DNA from: Paraspadella gotoi
Lineage: Eukaryota > Animalia > Chaetognatha
DNA: 64,000 nt
Assembly (NCBI GenBank): GCA_051294375.1
Contig: CM119265.1
Span: forward strand, 1,360,726-1,424,725
Direction: 5' to 3'
Shown here: positions 26,568-39,514 of the stretch, piece after piece
Layout of the letters: the number at the start of each line of letters is the position of its first letter
Position numbering within the stretch: the stretch's first letter is position 1
Made by a program: the position numbers and the translations under genes
Notes under the pieces: generated by a model
What the model was told of the DNA's origin: nothing
The model's input: the letters and a program-made list of their open reading frames with translations, nothing else
Databases searched by the model: none

Positions 26568-26934
26568 AAAGCCGAGGAGAATAGAGAAAGAGAGATGAGG
26601 GAGGAGAGAAAGGAAAATGAGAGAGAGAGACATGGAGAAGGGAGAGACCGAGAGAGGAAAAGAAGAATGAAAGAGAGAAACGAGAAGAAGAGAGAGGGAG
26701 GAGATGAGAGAGAAGAGGTTACTAGATTTCNNNNNNNNNNNNNNNNNNNNNNNNNNNNNNNNNNNNNNNNNNNNNNNNNNNNNNNNNNNNNNNNNNNNNN
26801 NNNNNNNNNNNNNNNNNNNNNNNNNNNGCTTGAAGCAAAAAATAAACTATCTCCTAATTTACAACTTTTCACTTGGTTAATTTTGTTGAAAATTTAATAA
26901 AAGTGGTGAACTTCTTTGATAAAGCAAATACAAA

Positions 26935-27025
<91 letters not shown>

Positions 27026-27170
27026 AGAAATAAATAAATAAATAAATAAATACAACGAAAATGTATTTTATTGATTCACCATATTTCTGAACCAAAAATA
27101 TGTCTCTAAAAATTGTTGTCAACAGTAATAATTTCTTTTAAAGGAGAGAAAATGATTTTGAGGGGAATGA

Positions 27171-27250
27171 CTAATGAGAGAGAGACACTCTAATGAGAGA
27201 GAGACACTCTAATGAGAGAGAGACACTCTAATGAGAGAGAGACACTCTAA
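27171..27250. repeat. 19 bp tandem ctaatgagagagagacact x4
   Basis: Direct inspection. Confidence 0.85.
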
Positions 27251-27744
27251 GAAATAAATTGAGTCGTAAGCTCCAAATTAATTACGATAGAGAGAAATTT
27301 TGAGGGCAGCTTAATACTATTTTCGAGGTTCCAGTTAAAGAATTTTACGAGCGAGAGAAATTATCGATTTTATTGTCAAATTAGGAAAATTATGAGATAG
27401 AAAAGGGATAGAAAAGGGATAGAAAAGGGATGGAAAAGGGATAGAAAGGAAAGTAATTAGAGAGAAAGTAGAGATATGAAAAAGGGAAGAGAAAAAATAA
27501 GGAAAGGAAAAGAACTTAGCAAAGGGAAAAGAAAGGAGAGATCTTCTTTGACGACAACAACAATAAAATGAATAAAAACAAGAGATTGAAAATTCATTAT
27601 GAATTTCAAATAAACTAAACGAAGCTTTCGTTTTCTTTTCTTTTATATATATCTTTTATATACAAACTTCTCGAATATAAATTTTACTCCCAAGATTAAT
27701 CGCTTCATCTATATTTCTTTCCTTTCTTTTCGTCCAACACCACG

Positions 27745-27790
<46 letters not shown>

Positions 27791-27914
27791 CTCTCCCCTC
27801 CTCTCCTCTATTCTCCCTCTCCATCTCTCTCCATCTCTCTCTATCTCTCTCTCTACTCTCTCTCTCTCTCTTTCTCTCCCCCTCTCTCTCCCTCTCTCTC
27901 CCTCTACCCCACAG

Positions 27915-28082
27915 ATCACCATCATCATCATCATCATCACCACAAACATCGAGGATCGACTCACTCACACTATTCCGATCACCACCGATATTCGAATGAA
28001 GTAAAGAGTGAGACTCACGATCATCACTCGACTGTGGAGAATCACAAGAGCGAGAAGAGGAGGAGAAGAAGGAGGAAGAGGA
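27915..28082 (+). CDS. His-rich exon (poly-His KHRGSTHSHYSDHHRYSNEVKSETHDHHSTVENHKSEKRRRRRRKR)
   Basis: cccacAG acceptor, GTAAGT donor, 168 nt phase 1-1. Confidence 0.8.
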
Positions 28083-28637
28083 GTAAGTTCTTGTTGTTGT
28101 TGTTGTTGTTGTTGTTCTAACTTGATGGTGATATTAAAAAGAGGAAGAGGTTGTTATTTTTGTTGTTGTTGTTGTTGTTCAGTTTTTAAAGTTGTTAGAG
28201 ATGTTGTTGTTGTTGTTGTTATCTCAGTTGCCTTATTTTACAAGAACACCCGATGTGATTAGGGTTAGGGATTAATTATAAAATATATTAAATATAAATA
28301 TTAAAGTATTGGATAAATGAACAAAAATGGGGCACTATCGGAAAAGAGAGCCAAGAAATGGGGCACTCTCGGAAAAGAGAGCCGAGAAATTGGGCACTTT
28401 CAGAAAAGAAAGCCAAGAAATGAGGCACTCTCGGAAAAGAGAGCCCAAAAAGGAAAGTGAGCTTTCTGGTTGTTGTTATGATTTGTTTGTTTTTTTGTTG
28501 TCGTTGTTGTTTTTAGCCTCTTGATCTCCTTTTTTTCTCGTCGTCGTCGTCGTCGTCTTTTCAATTAGTTTCGGTTTTTAACCATTAATTAATTTTTGTT
28601 CTTTTTTCTTTTTTCTGAATATCAGATTTTCCTTCAG

Positions 28638-28671
28638 TCATCAGACTTTTGGTCTCCGAAGCATAAACGAC

Positions 28672-28715
<44 letters not shown>

Positions 28716-28789
28716 AGGAAGAAGAAGAAGAAAAAACATTTGACGAAAACAAAAAGAAACACAAAAAAATGTTTTGGTTTCTGCGCGAG
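28638..28789 (+). CDS. Possible acidic (poly-Asp/Glu) exon
   Basis: ttccttcAG acceptor and GAC/GAA repeats; needs indel correction and a GC donor. Confidence 0.25.
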
Positions 28790-28959
28790 GCATTTTATAT
28801 TTCTTTTTCTTTTTCTTATTTTTTTTTTTGACTTATTTTTTAACATTTTTTTTAACATTTTTATTTTGTAATTCTAATTTTTTTAATTCTTAAGTTCAAT
28901 TTAACGTACGATTCGCTATTTTTTCACTCAATTCAAAAATGTACAAAATTGACAATGAC

Positions 28960-29029
<70 letters not shown>

Positions 29030-29179
29030 GCTCTCTCTCTCTCTTTTGTCCATCCTGAACCCTTTTTTTATTATAAATTCATTTAAATTGTTCTTTGTTC
29101 ATTGTCCAATTATTTTTTTAGGCAAACCTATATAAATTTTTTAATGTTAGAAAAAATGGATTTTTTTTGTGAAGAGAGA

Positions 29180-30050
29180 AACAAGTTTGAGCCAACAATG
29201 TCGGATCTGCCCACGATCATTATCGGTAATTAATTAATAATAATTAATTAATAATTAATTCAAGTTAATTAATTATTTAATAATTATAATAATTAATTTA
29301 TTCATGTTAATTATTTAATTAATTAGGCAATTAATTAATTAATTTGATCACAAATGTTTGTTTTGATTGATTAATTGACTGATAATTAATTATTGATTAA
29401 TTAATTGACTAATTGATTAATTAACTGATTAATTATTTGATTAATTAATACATCTTGCATTTACATTTAAAATAAAAAGAAAAGAAGCTTAATCAATTAG
29501 TGAAATAGGTTCTTTGTTTTTTCTATTTAAACTCATTTCCACTCAACGATTCCATCGAAACTTGATTTCCAGTTTAATAATACACTTTTCTACCCAAATA
29601 CAAAATTTCAAGTCAATCGCGAAAATTGTGAAATATATTTTTTTCTTTTTTTCCCTTTAAACTTATTTCCACTCAAATGATTCCATGGAATCTTCATATA
29701 CAGGTCAATCACACACTTTCCTACCCACACACAAAATTTCATTCCAATCCATCCATCCAATCATGAGTAATTAGTGTTTTTTGCTAAGGTGGGACGGACG
29801 GACGGACGGACGGACGGACGGACTGACGGACTGATGGATGGACGGATGGACGGACTGAGGGACTGAGGGACTGACGGACGGATGGACGGACGGACAGACG
29901 GACGGATGGACATTTTTTTTTTGCATAATTTATCATAATTCGATATTCTGACATGATATAAGTGACTGCCTGACAATATTGAGGGGGTGGACCGACAAAC
30001 CGACAAAGTGAATTATAGAGTCGGGATCTGCTGAAAGCAGATCCGACTAA
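29180..30050 (-). mobile_element. DINE-1/HINE-like non-autonomous Helentron, short form
   Basis: 5' hairpin agtcgggatctgc-tgaaa-gcagatccgact next to a T-run, (GTCC)n microsatellite, internal tandem unit, subterminal IR gtcggatctgc near the 3' end, CTTGTT terminus; read copies at ~41217-42147 and ~50168-51083. Confidence 0.75.
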
Positions 30051-32426
30051 AAAAAGTAATCAATCGATTCAACACAAAAAAAAAGAGAAAAAAGTTGAAA
30101 ATCGATTTTTCATTAATTTTTTTTGTCGGATTTTTCTTTTCCCATTTTTAAAAGTCACGGAATTTGCTAAAGGTAAATATTTAAAAAAATATATATGCAA
30201 TGAAAGCAAATTGATTGCTCAGGGCACAATAATTGCACTAAAGGAAGTAATTAGCATGAAACGCAAACGCACTATGTATGTCTCATTAACTAAGCATGTC
30301 TGATTAATTAAGCTTGTCTCATTAACTAAGCTTTTTTTATTTTTAATACCAACAGTATTAACATTAACTAAGCTTGTCTCATTAACTTTTGGCAAAACAA
30401 AAACTAACATCTTTTTGAAAATTTAGTTAATTGCACAAAGTAATTAAAATAATTTGGATTTAACGAATTGTGATTGCATAGCGACCGAGGGAAAGAATCA
30501 CATGATCGCATGATCGCATGATCGCATGATCGCATGATCGCATGATCGCTTCAAAATAACACTTTGATCGCAACTGACATAAACAACAACAACCATAAAC
30601 AAACATTATGGATTTTTTTTAAATAAAAGAGTTTTTAAAATGTAAATTGGAGTGTGAACGCTCTCCAAAAATTAAAATAACCTAAAAAAATTTCATATAA
30701 CTACTATTTTATAATCATCTATACCACATTAAGCTAATGATGTTCTTAAGACTGAAAAACGTTTTTTTTTATCGATAGTGACTCAGTCTGACCCCAAACT
30801 CAGTATGACCCCAAACGTCCTCAGATTTACCCCAAACTGACCCCGATTTTTTTTCAGACAAGAAAAAGAGACACAACTAAAATTTTGACTTGGAGAGATT
30901 AAGAGGCTTTTTCCCGATTTCTTTTTTCTTGATTTATTTTTTTAAATTAAAAAAAATATTTCGGTTTCTTTTTTTTGCTTTTTTAAATAATTTTTGCTTA
31001 ATCATTTTTTTTTCTTTTATATTTTTTCTTCCTCCCCTTCTTTTTCTCCTCTTTTAGAAAAATTATAAAATTTAAAAAAAATATTCTAATTGAAAAATTA
31101 TGAAAGTGAAAAAATTATGCTAATTAAAAAAATTATTCAAATTGAAAATATTATGCAAGTTTAAAAAACTATGCATGTTGAAAAAATTATGAACGATGAA
31201 TTTAAGTAAATTAATTTCAATTTAAGTAAATTAAACAAAGTGATGTAAGTTTAAATAATGAATAAAATATTTAAACTATAATTTTTATATATTTTTTTTA
31301 GAATATTTTGTTTTTCATCAGTTTCAAATGCACTGATGAAGAACAAAAATTATTGTTCGAAAGATGTCTGCATTTAATAATAATAAAAATTCGTTGTGAA
31401 AATCAAATATCTGTTTCTAAATATTCAACCAACGAAAACAAAAAGAAAACAAACAAATAATTTTTTTTTCAAATTATAAAATATTTTTTACCGAAGTAAC
31501 AGTTCATTTTAATTTCTTGAAAGCGATTTACATGAATTGGCGCTGGCACTTTTCCATTTTTCCTCCTTTCTTAATTTCCTCCTTTCCTCTCTTTGTCTTC
31601 CTTTCCTTTTTCTCTCTTCCTCCCTTTCCTCCCTCGTGAATATTTTGACTTGGAAAGTGAAGAGACCAACTGACTGACCTCAGAACCAAACGATTTCACA
31701 TGAAACCGGAAACTCTATATATATAACTTTATATCTTTTTACATCGAATATAAACGTAGCGGATGTGGAAGAAAATAAAACATTTAAAGCCTCAACTTTT
31801 TTATAATCATAAAAAAACTTCATTTAATTAGCTTTGGATATATTTTTTTTTCTGTCCAAAAAAAAACATAGCTATTAGTATTAAAAATATTATTAGTACA
31901 ATTAATAGGTTTAACCATCTGTATTTTAGCTTCAATTAACAATTTGTTTTTCCGCTTTCCCTAATTCCCACATTCTTTCCTTTCTTGACGCGACAAAAAA
32001 AAAGTTGTTCTCTCTCGTCTCTCTCTCTCTCTCTCTCGTCTCTCTCTCTCTTCTCTCTCGTCTCCCCTACTTCCCTCCCTCTCTCTCTTTCTCTTCACAA
32101 CCCACTTGCCCCATCACCTCTCTCTCTCTCCTACCCATGTCCCTACCCTCTCTCTCAGCCCTTCCTCCCTCCCTCTGATCTACTCCTCTGCCGTCCGTCT
32201 CTCTGTCTCTCACCATGCTCCCACCCTCCTGCCCCTGCTCCCTTCTATCTCGTCTGCTCCCTCCCTCCCTGTCTCTACTCCCTCTCGTCTCTTCTCGTCA
32301 CACCCCCATATGGCCCCCGATTCCCTCTGCTCTCTTCCCTCTTCCGCATTCCTCCCTTCTCCCTTCCTCTCCTCTCACTCTCTACGCCCTCTCTCTCTTC
32401 TCTTCCACCACCCTCCTCCCCCCAAG

Positions 32427-32796
32427 TTCGCCTCCGTCGTTATCACCACTACCATCACCATCACGACATTCGCCATCACGTTCACACGAGCTATCATCAC
32501 AGATGGATCGATTCGATCATCATCACAGTCTATCATCATCACCCATCGCAAGAATCCACGTCACAAACTGGACCGAGGAATCATCATCATCATCGTTATT
32601 CATCATCATTCTTCACGACATCGGACGAGAAGCCAAGCAGGAGTCCAAGCATCTGTGGAAGAGCGAGAAACATTCCAAGCATCTATCACGAGTGATAAGC
32701 AAGCAAAATACAGGGAGAAAAGCAATCGAAGCTTGGTCGCTTCTTGACGCTGATACGGAATTGTTCCAGCTTCGATATTTAATTACTTATAAATAG
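32427..32796 (+). CDS. Probable terminal His-rich exon (RLRRYHHYHHHHDIRHH...); internal frame uncertain because of indels
   Basis: Long pyrimidine tract plus AG, His-codon rich; inverted copy at ~35000-35430 differs by indels. Confidence 0.6.
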
Positions 32797-32910
32797 AATT
32801 AAAAAAAGTTTCAATAATTAAGGCGAAAATTTAAAAATATAACATATTGAAAAAACCTAAAACAGGCGAAAGTCTTGATTAAAGTGTCTGCCCCTCTCTC
32901 TCTCGCTTTT

Positions 32911-32959
<49 letters not shown>

Positions 32960-33038
32960 TCTCTCTCTCTTCTTTTTTTTTTTTCTCTTTTTTCTCTCTT
33001 TGCTCTCTTTTTCATCTCTCTTCTTCTCTCTCTCGTCT

Positions 33039-33073
<35 letters not shown>

Positions 33074-33371
33074 TAGGAAGCGTCATTTTGCTTGAATCAA
33101 AGGAAGAGATTATAATAAGTCAACAGAAGGACGAAAGAGATAAATATATATATTAGATAATAAATAAATGGAAGAATTAATGATAAAAAGAAAAGAATAA
33201 ACCCCTGATGTATTAGAGATAGTATAAAAGGGCGTATTTGCATATTAGATAATCATCCCTCACAATAATGTTATCGTATGCTAAGGCTTTTCGCTGAAGT
33301 AAGTAAACTGCCCGGGAAATGACACTTCCCTGGGAAGATCCCTACGACTGGCTGGGATTTATTATATTTTT

Positions 33372-33720
33372 GGCTCTATTTTCCCAGAACGCCCCTTTTC
33401 TGTATCTTGATCCCAAACTTTAATCTAAATATATATTTTTTTAATTTAAAACTAATTCGTTAACAATATTTGCAAACTTTAACCTAACCCAAAACCCTAA
33501 AGCTAATTAAATTTTACGCATAAACCTTTATTCCTAATTTCTATTCCTAACCCTTAACCTTAAATTGTAATCTCTAACCTAATCTTTATCCAAATCAACC
33601 AACCTTAATCATTAACCCAATTTTTAACCAAATCCCTAACCCTAATATCTAATTTTTAACTGAAAAAAAAATTTAATTCGAAATTTAAGATAAAACGGGG
33701 CGTTCTGGGAAAATAAGGAC
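33372..33720. mobile_element. MITE with ~30 bp TIR (ggctctattttcccagaacgccc) and degenerate CCCTAA interior
   Basis: Inverted termini; family members at ~4265-4472, 25520-25813 (inverted read copy 18140-18436) and 54450-54633; single TIRs at ~13255-13282; TIR tandem at 28325-28446. Confidence 0.55.
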
Positions 33721-33870
33721 AAATTTTTATGATAATGAAAACTCGTATACAAATCTGAACGAACATTATTAGACTGATTCCCTTAAAATCCCGTCGCATG
33801 AAAATATATTTTAAAATCCTTTAATTTATCAGACCAATCACCAATCACCAATCAATGGACCCTTCACTAG

Positions 33871-34565
33871 AGCGTAGTGAAAGTTACGTACGAAAATTCT
33901 AAAAGTCAATTATGAACCACATACCATCAGTGAACATTAATTTGTAAACAAAAATTTACTTTATGTTATTTAATTTTCGCAGTAGGCCATATTTAAATAT
34001 AGTACTATCCTTATAAATCGAAAAATTTGAAAATAGGCTTTTCTTAATTTTGATTGCAGATTTGAATTCCTCGTCAAAAGTTGATAAAAGAAAATATAAA
34101 TCATTTTTAAAAATGATTTCATTAAGTGGGTTAAAAATAAGAAATTATATTCAACATATAAAATTTTAATTTTAAGCTTTGTAATGATTTTCTTTCTTTT
34201 CGTTAATTTAGATTGATATGATTAAAAATTCGTTAAAACACAAAAACTGTTATTCCTAAAAATTTTCAGCTTAAAATATAGGTTTTTCTGATATTTGACC
34301 AACTTAAAAAAGGAATTTTTAAAAAAGAGTTATTTTTCTTTATATCAACTTTTTATGACGAATCCAAATCTGCGAAAAAATCTTACAAAAACTATTTTGA
34401 AATTTTAACATTTATTGGATTAGTACTATGTATAAATATGGCCTAATGCGTAAATTGTAAAATTGATAACACAATTTTTATATACGTAACTTTTCATTAT
34501 TACAATGTTGTTAGTTCCTCACTTTTATAATTTTAATTAAAGTAAATTTAGAATTTTACGACGCT
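33871..34565. mobile_element. Diverged opposite-orientation copy of the 62170-62768 element
   Basis: agcgtagt...acgacgct termini; long matching blocks such as gattgcagatttgaattcctcgtcaaaagttgataaaag. Confidence 0.65.
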
Positions 34566-34699
34566 TCACTTGACTCACCCTTTCCTCACTTCTTTTCACC
34601 AAACCCTCACTCTTCGACCTTTGTGATTTTCACCTCAGAACTCACCCCAGACTTACCTTCAGATTAAATCACCTCAGGATTAAAACTCGTTTTTTATTC

Positions 34700-34844
34700 A
34701 TCGCCTAGAGAGAGAGAGAGGGTAGGCGAGAGAGACAAGAAGAGAGAGGGAGAGAGAGAGAGAGAGGGAAGAGAGAGAAGAGAGAGACGAACGAAAGAGA
34801 AAAGCAGCAGAGAAAGAAAAAAAAAAAAACAAAAGAGAGAGAGA

Positions 34845-34878
<34 letters not shown>

Positions 34879-37375
34879 CAAGCCTTTAATCAAGACCTGG
34901 TATCGCCTGCTATTAGGTTTATCTCATTATGTTGATTCGTACTTTTTTAAATTTTCGCTTAATTACTTGAACTTTCTTTTAATTCTATTTATATAGTATT
35001 AAATATCGAAGCTGGAAACATTTCCGTAATCAGAGCGTTCCAAGAAGCGCCACCGGGCGCGCACCAGCTTTTGATTGCTTCTTCCCTTCCCGTAATTTTT
35101 GCTTGCTTAATCACCTCGTGAATAATGGCTTGGAATGTTTCCTCCCCGTCATCTTCACACAGATGCTGTGGCACTCTGCTTTGCTGTCTCGTCCGATGTC
35201 GTGAAGAGAATGATGATCGAATAACGTAGAATGATGATCGATTTCCTCGGTACAGTTGTGTGGACGGTGGAATTCTTTGCGATGGTGATGAGATGATGTG
35301 TAGAATAGATTCTTTTCGTGACATCTGTGATGATACGAAATCGATCAATCTGTGATGAATATCGTGGAAGTGCATGGCGAATGTCTCGGTGATGGTGATG
35401 GTCAGTGGTGATAACGCGCGGAGGCGAACTTGGGGGGAGGAGGGTGGTGAGACAGAGAACGAGAGAGAGGGAGTAGAGGCTGACGAGAGGAGAGGGAGAG
35501 AGGTGACGGACATGAGGAGCAGGAGAGAGGGTATCGGGGAGCCAATGGGGGTGATGAGCAGAAGAGACGAGAGGGAGTAGAGAGGAGGGAACGGGGAGGA
35601 GAGCAGACGACGATTAGAGTGTTGATGGGGCATGAGGAGGAGAGAGAGTGAGAGACAGAGAAGAAGAGGACAGAGAGATAGGGGTAAGAGAGAGGAACGG
35701 GAGAAGTGAGAAAGAGAGGGAAATGAAAAGGAGAGGAGAGAGAGAGGTGATGGGGTGCGAGTAGCGGATTGTGAAGAGACACGATGGTAGAGAGGGAGGG
35801 AGTAGGGGAGAGAGAGAGAAGAGAGAGAGAGACGAGAAGAAGAGACGAATGAGACAGAGAGAACTATATTGGAGTGCTTCTTTGTCTGCGTCAAGAAGGA
35901 AAGAATAGGTGGGGAATTACGGGAAAGCGGAAAAACAAATTGTTAATTGAGTAAAATACAGAAGTGGGTTAAACATTAATTGTACTAAATAATATTTTTT
36001 AATACTAATAGGGCTATGGTTTTTTTTTTGGAACAGAAAAAAAAAATATATTCCCAACAAGCTAATTAAATGAAGTTTTTTTTATGATTATAAAAAGTTG
36101 AGGCTTTAGATGTTTACTTTCTTCCACATCGCGCCTTACGGTTTATATATTCGATGTAAAAAGATCATTAAGCAGTGTATATATATAGAGTTTCCGGTTT
36201 CATGTGAATCGTTTGGGTTCTGATCTGAGGTCAGTCAGCTTGGTCTCTTCACTTTTTCCCCAAGAAGGTCAAAATATTCACGAGGGAGGAAAGGGAGGAA
36301 GAGAGAAAAGGAAAGGGAAGGACAAAGAGAGGAAAGGAGGAGAAATTAAAGAAAGGAGGAAACTATGGAAAAGTGCCAGCGCGCAATTCATGTAAATCGC
36401 TTTCAAAGAAATTAAAATGAACTGTTACTTCGTAAAAAATATTTTATATTTGAAAAAAATTATTTTTTGTTTTCTTTTTGTTTTGCGTTGGTTGAATATT
36501 TAAGAAACAGATATTTGATTTTCACCGAACGAATTTTTAATTATTATTAAATGCAGAAATCTTTCGAAACAATATTTTTGTTCTTCCATCAGTGCATTTG
36601 AAACTGATGAAAAACAAAATATTCTAAAAAATATAAAAAATTATAGTTTAAATATTTTAATTCATTATTTAAACTTCAACATCAACTTTGTTTAATTTAC
36701 TTTAAATTGAAATAATTTACTTTAAATTCATCGTTCCAATATTTTTTCAACATGCCAGATAGTTTTTTAACTTGCATAATATTTTCAAAAATTTGAAATA
36801 ATTTTTTTTAATTAGCAATAATTTTTTTACTTTCATAATTTTTCATTAGAAGATATTTTTTTTAACATTTATAATTTTTCTAAAAGATGGAGAAAAGGAA
36901 GGGGAGGAAGAAAAAAATTATAAAAAGAAAAAAAAAAAAAATGATTGAACAAAAATTATTTTAAAAAAAAGGGGGAGACGAAAAAAAAAAAAAAAAGAGA
37001 AAAAAATCACGAAATATTTTTTTTTATTTTGTTTTTAAAATTTAAAAAAAAATAAAAAAAAAGAAAAAATAAAATCAAAGAAAAAAAGAAAAAATCCGGA
37101 GTAAAAGCCTCATTCTTAATAAATCTTCCAGTCAAATTTTAATGTTGTGTCTTCTTTTTTTTTTCCCTTGTCTGAAAAAAAAAAAAAAAATAAAAAAAAA
37201 AAGAAAGAAAATAATCCGGAGGGTCAGTATTGGGGGGGGGGTAAATAGTATGACGTTCCTGTCTTAAGAGAGGTAAATAAACGGCGTTTGGGGGTCATAC
37301 TGAGTTTTTGGGAGTTCAGCGTGAAGAAACAATACCTGGAGTACTCTAAATCGATAAAAAAACAAAAAAAAAACA

Positions 37376-37427
<52 letters not shown>

Positions 37428-39422
37428 AAAAAAAAGAACAAAAAAAAAAAAACCCGTTTTTTTTTTGTTGCCATCTTTAAAGAAAAACATCATTAGCTAT
37501 GTGGTTACAGATGCTTAAATTAGTAAATAGTAGTTGTTCATTAATAGATCATTGCAAATTTACTTTTTTAAAAAAAAAAAAACGTTTCGGGAGGGGGAGG
37601 AATTCTGCATTATAATATGTTGATGTTATTCAGGAGATATTCCAGACTCGTTATATAAGGTGAAACAAGATCTTACACATTTTTTTTATGTTTCTATCGT
37701 GACGTAATTTTATAACTCACTTTTTCGGTCGTCGTCCGCCCCTCAATATTGTCCGGGCACAATTGAATAAATAAGGTCACTGATAGCACATACTCTTATA
37801 TCATAGTCAGATACATCGATTATGATAAATTATGCAAAAAAAATGATGTCCGTCCGTACCGTCTGTTCGCGTCTCCGATCCGTCTACCGTCGCTCGTACC
37901 GTAACCGTAATCGTCCCCACACCTTAGCCAAAAACACCAATTACTCGTGATTGGATGGATGGGATTTAAATGAAAAGTTTTGAGCTGTTGTGAGATAGGT
38001 AAGGTGTGTGATTGGCTGGATCTCTAGTTTCAATGGAATCGTCCGAGTGGGAAATGAGTTTAAATGGAAAAAACACTAGGAAAAAATATATTTCACTAAT
38101 TTGAACACCATATTGCTCATGAGGATTGGGCTGCATTTGACCTGGAAATTTTGTATGTGGGTAGGAAGTCCGCGTGTGATTGAACAGGAAATCAAGTTTG
38201 GGATGGAATAGTTTGAGTGGAAAATGAGTTTAAATGGAAAAAACATAACTAAACCTGTTTTACTAATTGATTATGCTTCTTTTTCCTTTTATAAGTTTAA
38301 ATTATCTGCAAGATGCTATTAAATAAACTGCAAATAATTAATCAGTTATCTAATGGGCAATTAGTAATAAATTAATCAATAATTAATTAAGGATTAGTCA
38401 ATCAAATACCGTCCATGTTCCGTCGCCATCTTAGCAAAAAGCTTCCAATAACTCGTGATTGTGCTGGTATGGATGGAATTAAATTTTGTGTGTGGGTAGG
38501 AAAAGTGTGTGATAAAGCTGGGATGATAAAATTTCGTATGGAATCGTGTGAGTGGAAATTGAGTTTACAAGATGGAAAAAACATGAAGTCGTAATTTACT
38601 AAATCTTTTTGGACTTAATTTTACCAAATAAATACTCCTTTAATCATTTAATTGGATGGGATAGATTGAGTTGAAATTATTGTGTGTGGGTAGGAAAACG
38701 TATGACGAAGCTTGATATAAGTTTTCAGTGGAACGTACCAGTGGAAAATGAGTTTAAATGGAAAAAAAATATGAGTCACATTTACTTGAATCTTTTTATT
38801 TTATTTTAACCCATGATAGATTGAGATGAAATTATGGTGTGGCCGGTAGGAAAGTGAGTGAAGAAGCTAGATATAAAGTTTTGACGGAATGCAAGTTGAA
38901 AAATGGATGCAAGTTAAAAAAATCTAAAAGCATAAAGGATGCGTCCCGTATTGCATAAAAGAAGAGAGAGAGAGAGGAGAGAGAGAGAAAGAGAGAGTGA
39001 GAGAGAGAGAGAGAGGTGAGAGAGAAAGAGAGAGAGTGAGAGAGAGGAGAGAGAAGGAGACATAGAATAAAAAAATCTTAAAAGACTCAAGATCGAGCCA
39101 GAGCCCACTATTCATAGAAATAATGAAAAAAACCGGGAAAAAAACGAATGAATCATGCGATAGACGATACGAAATTGTTTGATGTACTAGTAATTGATTG
39201 AGGTAATACTAAATTGATTGATGTAATAGTAATTTATTGATGTAATAGGAATTGATTATTGATTCGAATGATAATCAATTATTGAATGCGATGATTAGTC
39301 CTTCACTGCTGTTGATGATAGTATCAGTGATGCGATGATTGCAATTCCATATGATGCGAATGATTGTCATTATTGATGGCGATGATAGTCAATAAAAACA
39401 AACAAATGCGTGTATGAGTGAA

Positions 39423-39456
<34 letters not shown>

Positions 39457-39479
39457 CAGAGAGAGAAGAAAAGAGAGAA

Positions 39480-39514
<35 letters not shown>

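Noticed and set aside
28519-28573. Hydrophobic exon LLISFFLVVVVVVFSISF as a transmembrane or signal segment
   Set aside because: Phase is incompatible with the preceding exon, there is no in-frame ATG, and it is largely (GTC)n repeat
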